Origin: Thermoplasmata archaeon
Lineage (GTDB): Archaea > Thermoplasmatota > Thermoplasmata > Lutacidiplasmatales > UBA184
Direction: 5' to 3'
Length of the DNA stretch: 47,242 nucleotides
NCBI GenBank assembly: GCA_021828085.1
Contig: JAKATE010000001.1
Location: 1 to 47,242, forward strand
Positions 9,530 to 20,110 of this stretch are shown here, piece by piece. The notes beneath the pieces are model-generated. The model saw nothing but the letters and a program-made list of their open reading frames with translations. It did no database searches and was not told the origin of the DNA. The position numbers were made by a program, and so were the translations under genes. Position 1 is the first letter of the stretch. Every line of letters starts with the position of its first letter.

Positions 9530-10564
9530 TCAGGCCCCCGACGTCATGACGACCTTGAGCGTCCCCTGCGGAAGCGCCGCCTGGGCGAAGGCCCGCTCGG
9601 CCTCCTCGAGGGGGAAGCGGTGCGTCACCAGGTCCGCCACCCGGACCCGCTTCGCGGCCAGGAGCTCCAGCGCCCGGTTCGTCCCCACCTCGGTGGTCGC
9701 GTAGGTGGGGACCAGCCGTACCCCCCTCAGGTAGAGCTCCTGGGGGTCCGTCTCGAACGGTCGACCCCGCTCCGGCAGTCCGAAGAGGTTCACCGTGCCC
9801 CCGCGCCGGACCACCCGGGTGGCCTCTGTGATCGCCGCCGGCGCGCCGGTCGCGACGACCACGAGGTCGGGCCCGACCCCGGCGGTCCGCTCAAGGACCG
9901 TGCGTTCCATCCGCTCAGGATCCCGGGGATCGAGGAGATCGTCGGCTCCATCCGCCCCTCCGGCCCGGTCCCGGCGGTAGGCGGAGATGTCGGCCGCCCC
10001 GACCCAGCTCGCCCCGAATGCCCGGAGGAGCCTCAGGTAGATCTGGCCGATGGGGCCGAGACCGAGGAGGAGCACCCGCCGGCCCGAGACCGGGCCCACG
10101 GTGGCGAGCGCCTCCAGGCAGCAACCCATCGGCTCGATGAACGTGGCCTCCTCGTCGGAGACCTCGGGGGGGAGGGGCAGCACCGCTCCGCGCGCGACGT
10201 GCGTGGAAGAGACGCTGAAGACCTCGGAGAACCCGCCGGGGTCGATGTTGGTCCGCTGGAAGTCCGGACAGAAGGTCGGGGCGCCCGCGCGGCAGACCGC
10301 GCAGCTCAGGCACGGCACGTGATGATGGACGAAGACCCGGTCGCCGGGTCGGAAGGCCCCCAGGCCGTCGGCCACGGACCGGACCACACCGGCCGGCTCG
10401 TGTCCGATGCGGCCGGTGGCCGAGTAGTTCCCCCGGATCTTCTCCAGGTCGGTCCCGCAGATCCCGCAGGCGCGGAGGGCGACGGTGAGGCCGCCGGGAG
10501 GGGCCTCCGGCGTGGGGAGCTCCGTGAGGGAGATCCCTCCGGGACGCAGGAGCACCGCGTGCAA
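9530..10564 (-). CDS. Zn-dependent medium-chain dehydrogenase (sorbitol/threonine dehydrogenase-like)
   Basis: CGICGTD, GHE, CLSCAVC...C structural Zn site, GLGPIG nucleotide-binding motif; TTG start at 10564 is inferred. Confidence 0.9.
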   Translation of the reverse strand: MHAVLLRPGGISLTELPTPEAPPGGLTVALRACGICGTDLEKIRGNYSATGRIGHEPAGVVRSVADGLGAFRPGDRVFVHHHVPCLSCAVCRAGAPTFCPDFQRTNIDPGGFSEVFSVSSTHVARGAVLPLPPEVSDEEATFIEPMGCCLEALATVGPVSGRRVLLLGLGPIGQIYLRLLRAFGASWVGAADISAYRRDRAGGADGADDLLDPRDPERMERTVLERTAGVGPDLVVVATGAPAAITEATRVVRRGGTVNLFGLPERGRPFETDPQELYLRGVRLVPTYATTEVGTNRALELLAAKRVRVADLVTHRFPLEEAERAFAQAALPQGTLKVVMTSGA

Positions 10565-10584
10565 GAGGTCTCCCCGGGGTCGGC

Positions 10585-11973
10585 TCAGGCCCCGGCGGCG
10601 GCCCGGAGGGAGGCCTCCAGGATCTCCACGGCCTCGTCGATGTGCTGCTCCTGGACGATGAGCGGAGGGACGAAGCGGAGCGACGAGGCTCCGCAGCCGA
10701 GGAGGATGAGCCCCCGCCGCCACGCCTCGGTCTCCACACGGTCACGGAACTTCGGCGCCGGCTCCTTCGTCCGGCGGTCCTTGACGAACTCGGTCGCGGC
10801 CATGAGGCCGAGGCCGCGCACATCCCCGATGACCTCGTGGCGGTCCATGAGCTCCTCGAGGCGCTTCTTCAGGTACTGGCCCTGGCGCGTGGCGTTCTCG
10901 AGCAGGTGCTCGCGCTCGTAGACGTCGAAGGTGGCGAGGGAGGCGGCGCACGCGACGGGGTTCCCGCCGAAGGTGTTCGAGTGCGCGCCCTGGTACGGGT
11001 AGTCGAGCTCCCGGTCGAAGATGGCCGCCCCCAGCGGAAGGCCCCCGCCGAGCGCCTTCGCGGTGGTCACCAGCTGGGGCTTCACCCCGAAGTGCTCGAT
11101 GGCCCACATCTTCCCGGTCCGCCCCATCCCGGCCTGGACCTCGTCGTCGATGTGGAGGATGCCGTGCGGCTCGAGGATCTTGCGGGCGGTGGAGAAGTAG
11201 TCCTTCGGGGGGACCAGGTAGCCCCCTTCCCCCATGACCGGCTCGACGATGAAGGCGGCCACATCCTCGGGAGGGAGGACGCTCGGGAAGTACAGCTCGT
11301 CGAGGATCTTCAGGCAGTAGAGCCCGCAGCTCGGGTACTCGAGCTTGTAGGGGCAGCGGTAGCAGTTGGGAGGCGGGATGTGCACCCCTCCGCCCATCTG
11401 CGGCTGGAACTTCCTGCGCTGCGCGGCCTTGCTCGCGGTCACGGTGAGCGCGCCCATGGTCCGGCCATGGAAGGCGCCGATGAGCCCCAGGAAGAGCGGT
11501 CGGCCGGTCTTGAAACGGGCGAGCTTGAGCGCGGCCTCGACGCTCTCCGTCCCCGAATTGACGAAGAAGACCTTGCGGTCCCCGCCCCCCGGGGCGATCT
11601 TGGCGAGCTTCTCCGCGAGCCGGGCCTGGACCTCGTAGTAGTAGTCCGTCCCGGCGAAATGCATCAGGCGCGCCGCCTGCTCCTGCACCGCCTTCACCAC
11701 GGTGGGGTGGCAGTGCCCAGTGTTCAGCACGCCGACGCCCGCGGCGAAGTCCAAGAGACGGTTGCCGTCGACGTCGGTGACCCAGACCCCCTCCGCATGG
11801 TCGGCGGCGATGGGCGCGGTCTTGGTGGACGTCATGAGGAAACGCTGGTCGGTCTCGACGATCGCCTTCGCCTTCGGACCGGGGATCTCCCCATGGATCA
11901 CCACCCCCCGGGCCGGGCGCTTCTCCGAAGGGCGGGCGGCGGGGGCTTGTTTCCGCGCAGAGGAAGCGACCAT
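10585..11973 (-). CDS. Class III PLP aminotransferase (acetylornithine/4-aminobutyrate aminotransferase family)
   Basis: DVDGN..LDF, NSGTESVEAA, AFHGRT, EPVMGEGG, DDEVQAGMGRTG, TAKALGGG (PLP Lys), HSNTFGGNP; TTTTTAG TATA-like element ~32 nt upstream. Confidence 0.93.
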   Translation of the reverse strand: MVASSARKQAPAARPSEKRPARGVVIHGEIPGPKAKAIVETDQRFLMTSTKTAPIAADHAEGVWVTDVDGNRLLDFAAGVGVLNTGHCHPTVVKAVQEQAARLMHFAGTDYYYEVQARLAEKLAKIAPGGGDRKVFFVNSGTESVEAALKLARFKTGRPLFLGLIGAFHGRTMGALTVTASKAAQRRKFQPQMGGGVHIPPPNCYRCPYKLEYPSCGLYCLKILDELYFPSVLPPEDVAAFIVEPVMGEGGYLVPPKDYFSTARKILEPHGILHIDDEVQAGMGRTGKMWAIEHFGVKPQLVTTAKALGGGLPLGAAIFDRELDYPYQGAHSNTFGGNPVACAASLATFDVYEREHLLENATRQGQYLKKRLEELMDRHEVIGDVRGLGLMAATEFVKDRRTKEPAPKFRDRVETEAWRRGLILLGCGASSLRFVPPLIVQEQHIDEAVEILEASLRAAAGA

Positions 11974-12100
11974 GGATGCCTCGGCTCGGGAGCGGGGGCC
12001 CGGTCTAAAAAGAGTTCGTGGACGCCCGGGCACACCTCCCCCGCGACCCCCGGCCTCCACGCTGAGAGCTCGGAGAGGGAGAAGGGGGTTCCCCGCCCGC

Positions 12101-12973
12101 TCACGCCAAGAGCAGGGCGAGGAGCACGGGGGCGAGGAGGGTGAAGAGGGTACCCACCGCGAGCGCGAGGGCCGCGGCATCCCTCCGCCCGTAGCGCGTC
12201 ACGAAGTAGAGCGTCGTGTCCATCGAAGTGGCTCCCCCGGAGGCGGCGATGGCCGGCGCGCCGGCCCATCGACCGACCCAGGGAGCGCTCACCATGGTGA
12301 GGTCCTCCCTCAGGAAGTTCACCAGGAAGGCCAACGTCCCGGCCACCGGGGAGACCGCCTGGGCGACGGCCGGACCGGCGAGGGTGTACCAGCCGAAGGC
12401 CAGGGTGCTCGCGAAGGCCACTCTCCACGGCTCTCCCGTAAGGAGGAAGAGGACGACCGCCCCCGCCGCGGAGGCGAGGAGGCCGGCGAGGAAGGGCAAG
12501 GGGAGCTCCCGGAGCGCCTTCAGCTCGAGCTTCGCCTCCCAGCCGACGAGGAAGAGCAGGGCGAGCAGGAACACCTCCACGGCGGTACCGGCCGGTGCCC
12601 TCAGTCCCGGCGAGGCCGTGCCGACGAGGTAACCGATCACCACGCCCGCGACGATGGCCGCGGGGAGCGCCCAGGGCGAGCTCGTCCTCGGCTCGGAAGG
12701 CGCGCTCACTCGGTCGGCGCGAGGGCGACGGACGCCCCGGACGACCAGCACCGCTACCGCCAGCATCGCGACCGCGGCCCCCAGGGCAGGGAGGAGGAGT
12801 TGGAGGAGTCCGAGGGAGGGTTCGCTCGCCAGCGTGACGCCGAGCGCGCCGACGAGAAGGAGGATGCAGGCCCGGGTGAGCGCGGAGCACCGGGCGGGGA
12901 AGGGCCAGACCCGCCCCAACGCGAGGCCGAGCCCCAGGGCGCCCGCGAGCAGGAGTTCGCTGAAGGCCTCCAT
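12101..12973 (-). CDS. LysO-family (DUF340) lysine/amino-acid exporter
   Basis: Very hydrophobic; AFGWYTLAGP, FLVNFLRE, GGATSMDTTL signature motifs. Confidence 0.85.
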   Translation of the reverse strand: MEAFSELLLAGALGLGLALGRVWPFPARCSALTRACILLLVGALGVTLASEPSLGLLQLLLPALGAAVAMLAVAVLVVRGVRRPRADRVSAPSEPRTSSPWALPAAIVAGVVIGYLVGTASPGLRAPAGTAVEVFLLALLFLVGWEAKLELKALRELPLPFLAGLLASAAGAVVLFLLTGEPWRVAFASTLAFGWYTLAGPAVAQAVSPVAGTLAFLVNFLREDLTMVSAPWVGRWAGAPAIAASGGATSMDTTLYFVTRYGRRDAAALALAVGTLFTLLAPVLLALLLA

Positions 12974-13228
12974 CCCACCGTCGGGAGGGACCTTCCCTCA
13001 TCAATGAGCCGCTCGGCGCTCGTCCGAGAGGTTATCTGGGGACCGAATGTGGGGTCCGCGTGCGCGCTCCGTGGAAAGCCCCGAGCCTCCCTCCGAGACC
13101 TCCCATGCCCGCCCCCTACCCCTCCCCGCCTCAGCCCTACCCGCTGGGAGAGGACGAGGAGAGCCCTTTTCCGTGACGGCGGAACCGTCGGGTGCCCTGC
13201 CCTGACAGTTTCCCGCACAGGGAAGCCA

Positions 13229-13262
13229 TTATATCGATTTTCCGATATCGGTAATCCGATAT
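13229..13262 (+). promoter_or_regulatory. TATA box overlapped by two tandem palindromic operators ATATCG-N6-CGATAT (probable PadR autoregulatory site)
   Basis: ATATCG-ATTTTC-CGATAT (13231-13248) and ATATCG-GTAATC-CGATAT (13245-13262); TTATAT at 13229-13234; the second repeat ends inside the PadR ATG. Confidence 0.8.
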
Positions 13263-13683
13263 GTGGACGGGAGGGAGCACCGGACGGAGGCCTCGCGGGC
13301 TGCGCATCTGGGTCCTCCGCCTCGTCGGCAACCGCCCCCGGAACGGGGCCGAGATCATCCAGGACATGGAGGCGATGACCCACGGCTGGTGGCGCCCTTC
13401 CCCCGGTTCGATCTATCCCCTCCTCGAGCAGCTCACGGAGGAGGGCGTCCTCCAGCGCCGCCCCGATGGCCGCTACGAGCTCAGCCGCGAGGCCCGCGCG
13501 CAGCAGCAGGGCTGGAACTGGGGAGGTCTCCCTTTCCCCAAGCGGCCGGAAGAGGTCGTCCGGGAGATCGACGGGTACGTCCGCTATCTCGAGGACCTCC
13601 GGACCAGCGACCAGGCCGCCGTGAAGGACCAGTCCGCGACCCTGCGCAGGATCGCGGAGAGGCTCCGGGAGCTGGGGAACTGA
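13261..13683 (+). CDS. PadR-family transcriptional regulator
   Basis: RGLRIWVL, NGAEII, WRPSPGSIYPLLEQL.EEG wHTH signature; first gene of an ABC exporter operon. Confidence 0.93.
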   Translation: MWTGGSTGRRPRGLRIWVLRLVGNRPRNGAEIIQDMEAMTHGWWRPSPGSIYPLLEQLTEEGVLQRRPDGRYELSREARAQQQGWNWGGLPFPKRPEEVVREIDGYVRYLEDLRTSDQAAVKDQSATLRRIAERLRELGN

Positions 13684-13772
13684 TGGACCCTGTCCGGACG
13701 GCCGAGACGCCTGCCCGGTCTCGAGCGGGTCCTCCCCCCGGGTGTGGCTAGGACCCCCCAGGAGGATCGACC

Positions 13773-14773
<1,001 letters not shown>

Positions 14774-14777
<4 letters not shown>

Positions 14778-15607
14778 CCCTGCGGGCCTTCTCTGCGCTC
14801 ACCGGCCGTGAGCTTCGGCGCTGGGTGCGCACCCCCACGGCGATCATCGCCTCGGTGATGACGCCGTTCTTCTACCTCATCCTCTTCGGCCAGGCGTTCA
14901 ACATCGGGAAGTTCCTCTCGGCCGGCCCTGCCTCGGAGACCCTGGCGGCCTTCCAGGGGGCGCCCAACTACTACTCGTACTTCTCCTCGGGAATGGTGAT
15001 CTTCGTCGTGCTCTTCTCGAGCCTCTTCATCGGGGCGAACGTCATCTTCGACAAGCGGCTCGGCTACATCAAGAAGCTCACCGTCGCCCCGGTGAGCCGG
15101 TCCGTCATCCTCGCCGCCAACGTCGCGGCCGGGGTCATCCGCTGCCTCCTCTTCGGGGGCGTGGTCTTCCTGCTCGCCGTGGTCTTCACCCACGTCCCCG
15201 GGCTCAACGGCCTCACCACCACCGTGCCGGTGAGCGCGCTGGGGGTGATCGAGATCTTCCTCGCCATGGCCCTCCTGGCCGCGGCGTTCACCAGCCTGTT
15301 CGTCACCGTGGGGTACGTCATCGAGCAGGTGGAGGCGTACTTCGCGCTCATCAACCTGGTCAACCTCCCGCTGCTCTTCTCCTCCACCGCGCTCGCGCCG
15401 GAGACGATCATGCCGGGCTGGCTCAAGACCATCGCCAACGGGAACCCCGTGACGCTTTCAATCAACGTCCTTCGCGAGAACCTCTTCCCCTGGCAGGGAT
15501 ACTACAGCTACAGCCCCGAGGTCTACCTCGGGGTGCTCTTCGTCTTCGCCTTCGCGCTCATCGCGCTCTGCGTGGCGGTGACGCTCAAGACCCTCGCCCC
15601 CCGGTGA
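14774..15607 (+). CDS. ABC-2 type permease
   Basis: Six TM segments, G.IKKLTVAPVSR, NPVT motif; GTGA overlap with the ATPase stop. Confidence 0.92.
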
Positions 15608-15859
15608 TCGGCGGGGTCGGTCCGGGGCGCCGCCCGGACCGGCCGCCCGGGTGAGCCCGAGACCCTCCCTCCCCAAGCCGATCCCCCCTCTCCGCCCCGG
15701 GCCGACCCGGCGTCGGGCCTGCATACCCTGGGCCCCGGGTCCCGGTGACACCGAGGAGGTGCGTCGACCCAGCGGGGCCCTCGCCCCCCCAGAGGGTCCG
15801 GGCCGCCCGGCGGGGCCTTGGGGCAACCGCAACGCGGCGGTCGTCGCCGAGGGGGCGCC

Positions 15860-16609
15860 CTACGCCGACCGGTTGCGGAAGGCCCGCTCGATACCTGCCG
15901 CGAGGATCCCCCCGATGATCGGAGCGACCCAGAACAGCCAGTCCTGCGTGATGGCCCACCGGGTGCTCGAGGAGAAGGCCGTGAGCAGGGCGGGGGCGAA
16001 GCTCCGAGCGGGGTTGACCGAGGCCCCGTCGATCGGGATGGCGATGAGGTTGGTCATGATCAGCGTGAACCCGATGCCGAGGGGAGCCAGGTTCTTGGCG
16101 AACCCCTCCTCCCGCGTGGCGAGCAGAACGACGAAGACGAGGAAGAAGGTCAGCACAACCTCGAGGAGGAAGACGCTGCCGAGCGCGACCGTGTAGGGGG
16201 ACCCGTTGCCGGAGTAGCCTTGGGAGGCCAGGGCGACCCCCGAGGAGGTGGCGGAGTTCCACAGGGGGGTGGAGCCGTAGGCGATCCCGGCCACCACCCC
16301 GACCGCGAGGATGCCCCCGAGGACCTGGGCCACAATGTAGGGGACCACGTCCCGGCCCTTGGTCCGGCCGGCGAGCCACATGCCGATGGTGATGGCGGGG
16401 TTGAAGTGCGCCCCGGAGACGTCCCCGAAGGCGTAGACCATCCCGATGACCCCCAGGCCGAGGGAGAAGCTGATCAGCATCACCCGGGCGTTGAAGACCA
16501 GTCCCTGGTCCGCGTTCAGCGAGAGTACCGCCGCCCCTGTGACGGAGAGGAGGAGCCCGAAGGTCCCGAGGAACTCCGCGAGGTACCGTTGGCCGGAAGT
16601 CCAGGTCAT
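15860..16609 (-). CDS. aqpZ: Aquaporin (MIP family, AqpZ-like)
   Basis: AEFLGTF, SGAHFNPAIT, SVNPARSFAPA, WLFWVAPIIGG; TTTAAG ~25 nt upstream supports the ATG at 16609. Confidence 0.9.
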   Translation of the reverse strand: MTWTSGQRYLAEFLGTFGLLLSVTGAAVLSLNADQGLVFNARVMLISFSLGLGVIGMVYAFGDVSGAHFNPAITIGMWLAGRTKGRDVVPYIVAQVLGGILAVGVVAGIAYGSTPLWNSATSSGVALASQGYSGNGSPYTVALGSVFLLEVVLTFFLVFVVLLATREEGFAKNLAPLGIGFTLIMTNLIAIPIDGASVNPARSFAPALLTAFSSSTRWAITQDWLFWVAPIIGGILAAGIERAFRNRSA

Positions 16610-16823
16610 ACCCTGGCCGGAGAGTCGGCGCACTTAAACGCTTCCGCTCCACGGTACCCGTAGGGAAGAGCGACCCCGGCGAACCGGCCCCCCGGGGGGT
16701 CCGAGACGGGCCCGGGCACCCTGATGCCGACCCTCGGACGGGCCGGGGGGTTCGGGTCGCGGCCCCGAGGCCTCGCTCCGTGTTGGAACAAAATTCTAAG
16801 GGGACCCGGGGACATGGCCGGCC

Positions 16824-17468
16824 ATGGCGCCCTTCATCCCCGGGGGACGCTTGGACCTCCGGGCGCCTCCCACCGCTCGGGGCGTGAAGGCCGGAAAGGG
16901 CCTCTTCCAGCCCGTCTCGGTCCTCTGGGCCTGGTACAATGAGGCCGCCGGCCTCGTGGAGTGGACGTTCCACAATGCGTCGGCGGCGGTCGCGACGGTC
17001 GCCCTGTTGCGCAACGGCTACTACTTCGGGGATGCCTTCTGGCCTGTCTACCTCGCGAATCCTTCCTTTCGGACGGTCTGGGCGACGGCCCTCCGACCGC
17101 TACCGGACCAGGGCGCCTCCCAGAATTCTCCCCCTCTCGTGATCCTGGGAGTGGGAGGCTCCCCTACGGTGGCCTTCGCCTTCACCCTTGGTCCGGGGCA
17201 GACCTGGTCCATGCTCGAGGGGGGCTTCTCCCCCGCCACTCCCCCGGACCCCCAGGCGGCTCCGCTCTGCGCCGTGGAACTCGAAGCGGAGTTCTGCGTG
17301 GGGTACAGTCCGCAGGCGGTCTCCCAGTGGGACCAGCAGAGTTCGACCAGCCTGCAGGGATACTCTCCGAACCCCGCGTCGTTCCGGACGCTGGAGCTGA
17401 GTGCCCCCGCGGCGCCTCTCCCCACCTTGAAGCTCTTTCCTGTGAGCGTCCGGCCCGGACCTTGCTGA
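16824..17468 (+). CDS. Hypothetical beta-rich protein (214 aa)
   Basis: Aromatic-rich, non-shadow composition (VEWTFHN, YYFGDAFWPVY, WSMLEGGF); AT-rich element at ~16788-16800 upstream. Confidence 0.7.
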   Translation: MAPFIPGGRLDLRAPPTARGVKAGKGLFQPVSVLWAWYNEAAGLVEWTFHNASAAVATVALLRNGYYFGDAFWPVYLANPSFRTVWATALRPLPDQGASQNSPPLVILGVGGSPTVAFAFTLGPGQTWSMLEGGFSPATPPDPQAAPLCAVELEAEFCVGYSPQAVSQWDQQSSTSLQGYSPNPASFRTLELSAPAAPLPTLKLFPVSVRPGPC

Positions 17469-17523
17469 ACCACCGGGACCTCGAGCGGGGAAACGGTCGG
17501 ATCGGCCTTCGAGTCCTCTCGCG

Positions 17524-18195
17524 TCAGCTGCCCAGGGGTTGCCGGACGATGGGGTTGTCGATGTACTCGAGGGTCTTCTCCTCCCCCTGCTCGAGGGCCA
17601 GGGCCCGGGCCATGTCGAGCACCTCCCGCTTTCGTTCGGGGCTCATGGGAGGGATCCGGGAGACGGTGGTCTCCACCGGATCGTGATGCCGGTCGATGCA
17701 GAGCAACAGGGATTCGAAGCCCGGGAAGGCCAGTTGGAAGAGCTCCATCTGGAGGGCGACGTCGGGGGGTGGGGGGACCGCGCGATAGCTCTTCATCTCG
17801 TAGAAGCGCCGCGCGGTGTCCCAGTAGTCCGGCTGCGCGTAGATCCCCGCCTCCTCGCCGATGAGGACCAGGCGGGTGCGGGGACGCGGGAGCCCCAAGG
17901 CAGGGCTCTTGCGGAAGGCCTGGAGGACCCCGTCGAGCTGCCGAGCGATCCTTTCGAGCTCCTCCGGGTCCAGCGAAAGGTCCGCGTCGCGGAAACCCTC
18001 CTCGAGGAACGAGCGGCCGAGGCGGGCCATGGCGGCGCGGGACGGGTGGCGGCCCTCCCGCACCTCGTAGCTGAAGCGCGAGAGGCAGTCGTCGATGGCC
18101 TTGCCGACCACGAGCCCGATCTCGTCCTGGGGCGTGACGGGACGCGGATGGACGTGGTGGACCACCTGGTAGGCCGCGAGCGTCCGGACCTTCAT
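17524..18195 (-). CDS. Stand-alone PD-(D/E)XK (RecB-like) nuclease
   Basis: IYAQPDYWD...FYEMKS (PD...ExK) followed by LQMELF (QxxxY/F-like motif IV). Confidence 0.72.
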   Translation of the reverse strand: MKVRTLAAYQVVHHVHPRPVTPQDEIGLVVGKAIDDCLSRFSYEVREGRHPSRAAMARLGRSFLEEGFRDADLSLDPEELERIARQLDGVLQAFRKSPALGLPRPRTRLVLIGEEAGIYAQPDYWDTARRFYEMKSYRAVPPPPDVALQMELFQLAFPGFESLLLCIDRHHDPVETTVSRIPPMSPERKREVLDMARALALEQGEEKTLEYIDNPIVRQPLGS

Positions 18196-18281
18196 CCTCC
18201 AGCTCCCCGGCGCCCCGCCCCCGTGCGCGGCGGGCGCGCGGAGAGAGGAGGGCACTTAACCCAGGAGAAGTATCCCCCCTT

Positions 18282-18692
18282 ATGACCTCCGCAGCGCCCC
18301 CCTCGCGCTACGCCTCGCGACCCCTGGGCGTGTCGATCCTCTCCATCCTCATCGGCATCTACGGCTTCCTGCTCTTCCTCGGCGGGCTCCTGCTCGCCGT
18401 GCTGGCCAGTGCCACCCTGAGCTTCGCCAGCCTGGGCTATCTGGGCCTCTCCGCGACCGACCTGGGGATCATCACGGCGATCATCGGCCTCATCGTCCTC
18501 GCCGTGGCCGTTGGTCTCTGGCATCTGCGGATGTGGGCGCTCGCCCTCGCGGTGATCGTCCTGCTGCTGGAGATCGTCTCCCCGATCATCGGCCTGGCGC
18601 GGGGGACCCTCGGCACCTCGTCCATCGTGGACCTCGTCATCGCGGTCCTCCTGCTGGCCTACCTGCTGGCGGTGCGGCATCACTTCAGCTGA
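18282..18692 (+). CDS. Small 4-TM membrane protein
   Basis: RPLGVSILSIL...GLWHLRMWA...YLLAVRHHF; CTTAAC ~25 nt upstream. Confidence 0.8.
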   Translation: MTSAAPPSRYASRPLGVSILSILIGIYGFLLFLGGLLLAVLASATLSFASLGYLGLSATDLGIITAIIGLIVLAVAVGLWHLRMWALALAVIVLLLEIVSPIIGLARGTLGTSSIVDLVIAVLLLAYLLAVRHHFS

Positions 18693-18758
18693 GCCGAAAG
18701 CCTCCGGGGCGGGCGATCCCCTCCGTCCCGGAGGGCGGGCCTTCCTTCGGGCCGGTCC

Positions 18759-19388
18759 TCAGACCACGGTGATGGTGCCGGTCATGTACCCCGGGACCCC
18801 CATGGGGGGAGCCGTGGGCGAAGCCCCGCCGCACGGGGCCACGCACATCCAGGTGAACGAGCCGGTCTCGTTGAAGTAGGCGCTGAAGGTGACCACGGTC
18901 TCGGCCGGGCTCAGCACGTTGATCCCCAGGCTCGGGACGTCGAAGGTGTGGGCGACGTTCGTGTTGCTCACGAGAGCGGTCGGGGTGCCGTTGATGAGCT
19001 CCACCCCTCCGAGGGTCCCGCTCACGTTGCATTGGCAGCCGGGGAAGGCCATCGGAACGTCATCGTCCACGATGGTGATGGTCACCTCTCCCTTGCCCAC
19101 CGAGAAGTTGGCGGGGGTGTACTGGGGCCAGCCGGTGATGGGGTTGATGGCGATGGTCAGGACGACGTGCGACGGACCGGCGGTCTCCGAAGGGGTGGCC
19201 GCCGGGGCCGGTGCGAGCGCACTGCCGAAGGCGAGGAAGCCCCCCCCGGCGACCACCAGCCCGAGGACCAGACCGAGGGCCAGGAAACGGGTCTTCGTGC
19301 GCGTGGGTGGGTAGATCACCTGGTAGATCGGGTCGGCCGGCGCGGACGCAGGAGGAGGGGAGGCCTCCGCTTTCGCTGACATGGGCAT
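18759..19388 (-). CDS. Membrane-anchored cupredoxin-fold protein with variant CuA-like site
   Basis: One N-terminal [26 protein letters not shown]...PM...GYMTGTITV cupredoxin C-terminus. Confidence 0.8.
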   Translation of the reverse strand: MPMSAKAEASPPPASAPADPIYQVIYPPTRTKTRFLALGLVLGLVVAGGGFLAFGSALAPAPAATPSETAGPSHVVLTIAINPITGWPQYTPANFSVGKGEVTITIVDDDVPMAFPGCQCNVSGTLGGVELINGTPTALVSNTNVAHTFDVPSLGINVLSPAETVVTFSAYFNETGSFTWMCVAPCGGASPTAPPMGVPGYMTGTITVV

Positions 19389-19559
19389 CGGCCCCTATCT
19401 TGGGCCGGGGCCTTATCCCCCATTCGTGAAGCGGAGTTGACTTCCCTTCCGGAGGCTGTTCGAGGGGGACCGGGAAGATGCTCCCTCCCCTCCCGTTCCC
19501 CGATCCCCACAGTGCCCCTTCCGGGGGAGTTAATACCCCCCTCCCCCTCCACGTCGTGC

Positions 19560-20033
19560 ATGCCGCTCGTGAGCGTGGTGATGGGGAGCAAGAGCGACTC
19601 CGACTGCATGTCGAAGGCCATGGAGCTGCTCCGGCAGTTCGAGGTGGACTTCGAAGCTCAGGTGCTCTCCGCGCACCGGACGCCGGAGCGGATGTTCGAG
19701 TTCGCGAAGAGCGCGAAGGACCGGGGCGTCGAAGTGATCATCGCGGGCGCGGGAGGGGCGGCCCACCTCCCCGGTATGATCGCCTCCCTCACGCCCCTGC
19801 CGGTCATCGGGGTGCCGGTGCCCTCCCGGCACCTCTCGGGCCTGGACTCGCTGCTCTCCATCGTGCAGATGCCCTTGGGGGTCCCCGTGGCCTCCGTGGC
19901 CATCGGAAACTCGGGGAACGCCGCCCTTCTGGCGGTCCGGATCCTCGGCCTCCGTCACCCGGACCTCGCCCAGAGGATGGTCCGATACATGGCCGAGCAG
20001 ACGGAACGCACCCTCCAGGAGACCCTTCCCTGA
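19560..20033 (+). CDS. purE: N5-CAIR mutase
   Basis: [53 protein letters not shown] at 19530-19535. Confidence 0.97.
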   Translation: MPLVSVVMGSKSDSDCMSKAMELLRQFEVDFEAQVLSAHRTPERMFEFAKSAKDRGVEVIIAGAGGAAHLPGMIASLTPLPVIGVPVPSRHLSGLDSLLSIVQMPLGVPVASVAIGNSGNAALLAVRILGLRHPDLAQRMVRYMAEQTERTLQETLP

Positions 20034-20110
20034 CCCATGGAGCCCCGCCGGCGCTCCTTCGGACCGCTCCTCCACCGGCCCCCGGTCTCCCGCAGGGCGG
20101 TCGCCTTGCC

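Noticed and set aside
12974..13228. Intergenic region considered as a lysine or fluoride riboswitch or C/D-box RNA
   Set aside because: Only an isolated TGATGA; no matching D box or riboswitch consensus.
15608..15859. 250-nt GC-rich gap with hairpins, considered as SRP or RNase P RNA
   Set aside because: No SRP helix-8 or RNase P P4 consensus seen on either strand; probably terminator or spacer between convergent genes.
17524..18195. Cas4 / CRISPR association of the nuclease
   Set aside because: Lacks the four Fe-S cysteines; no repeat-spacer array or cas genes in the window.
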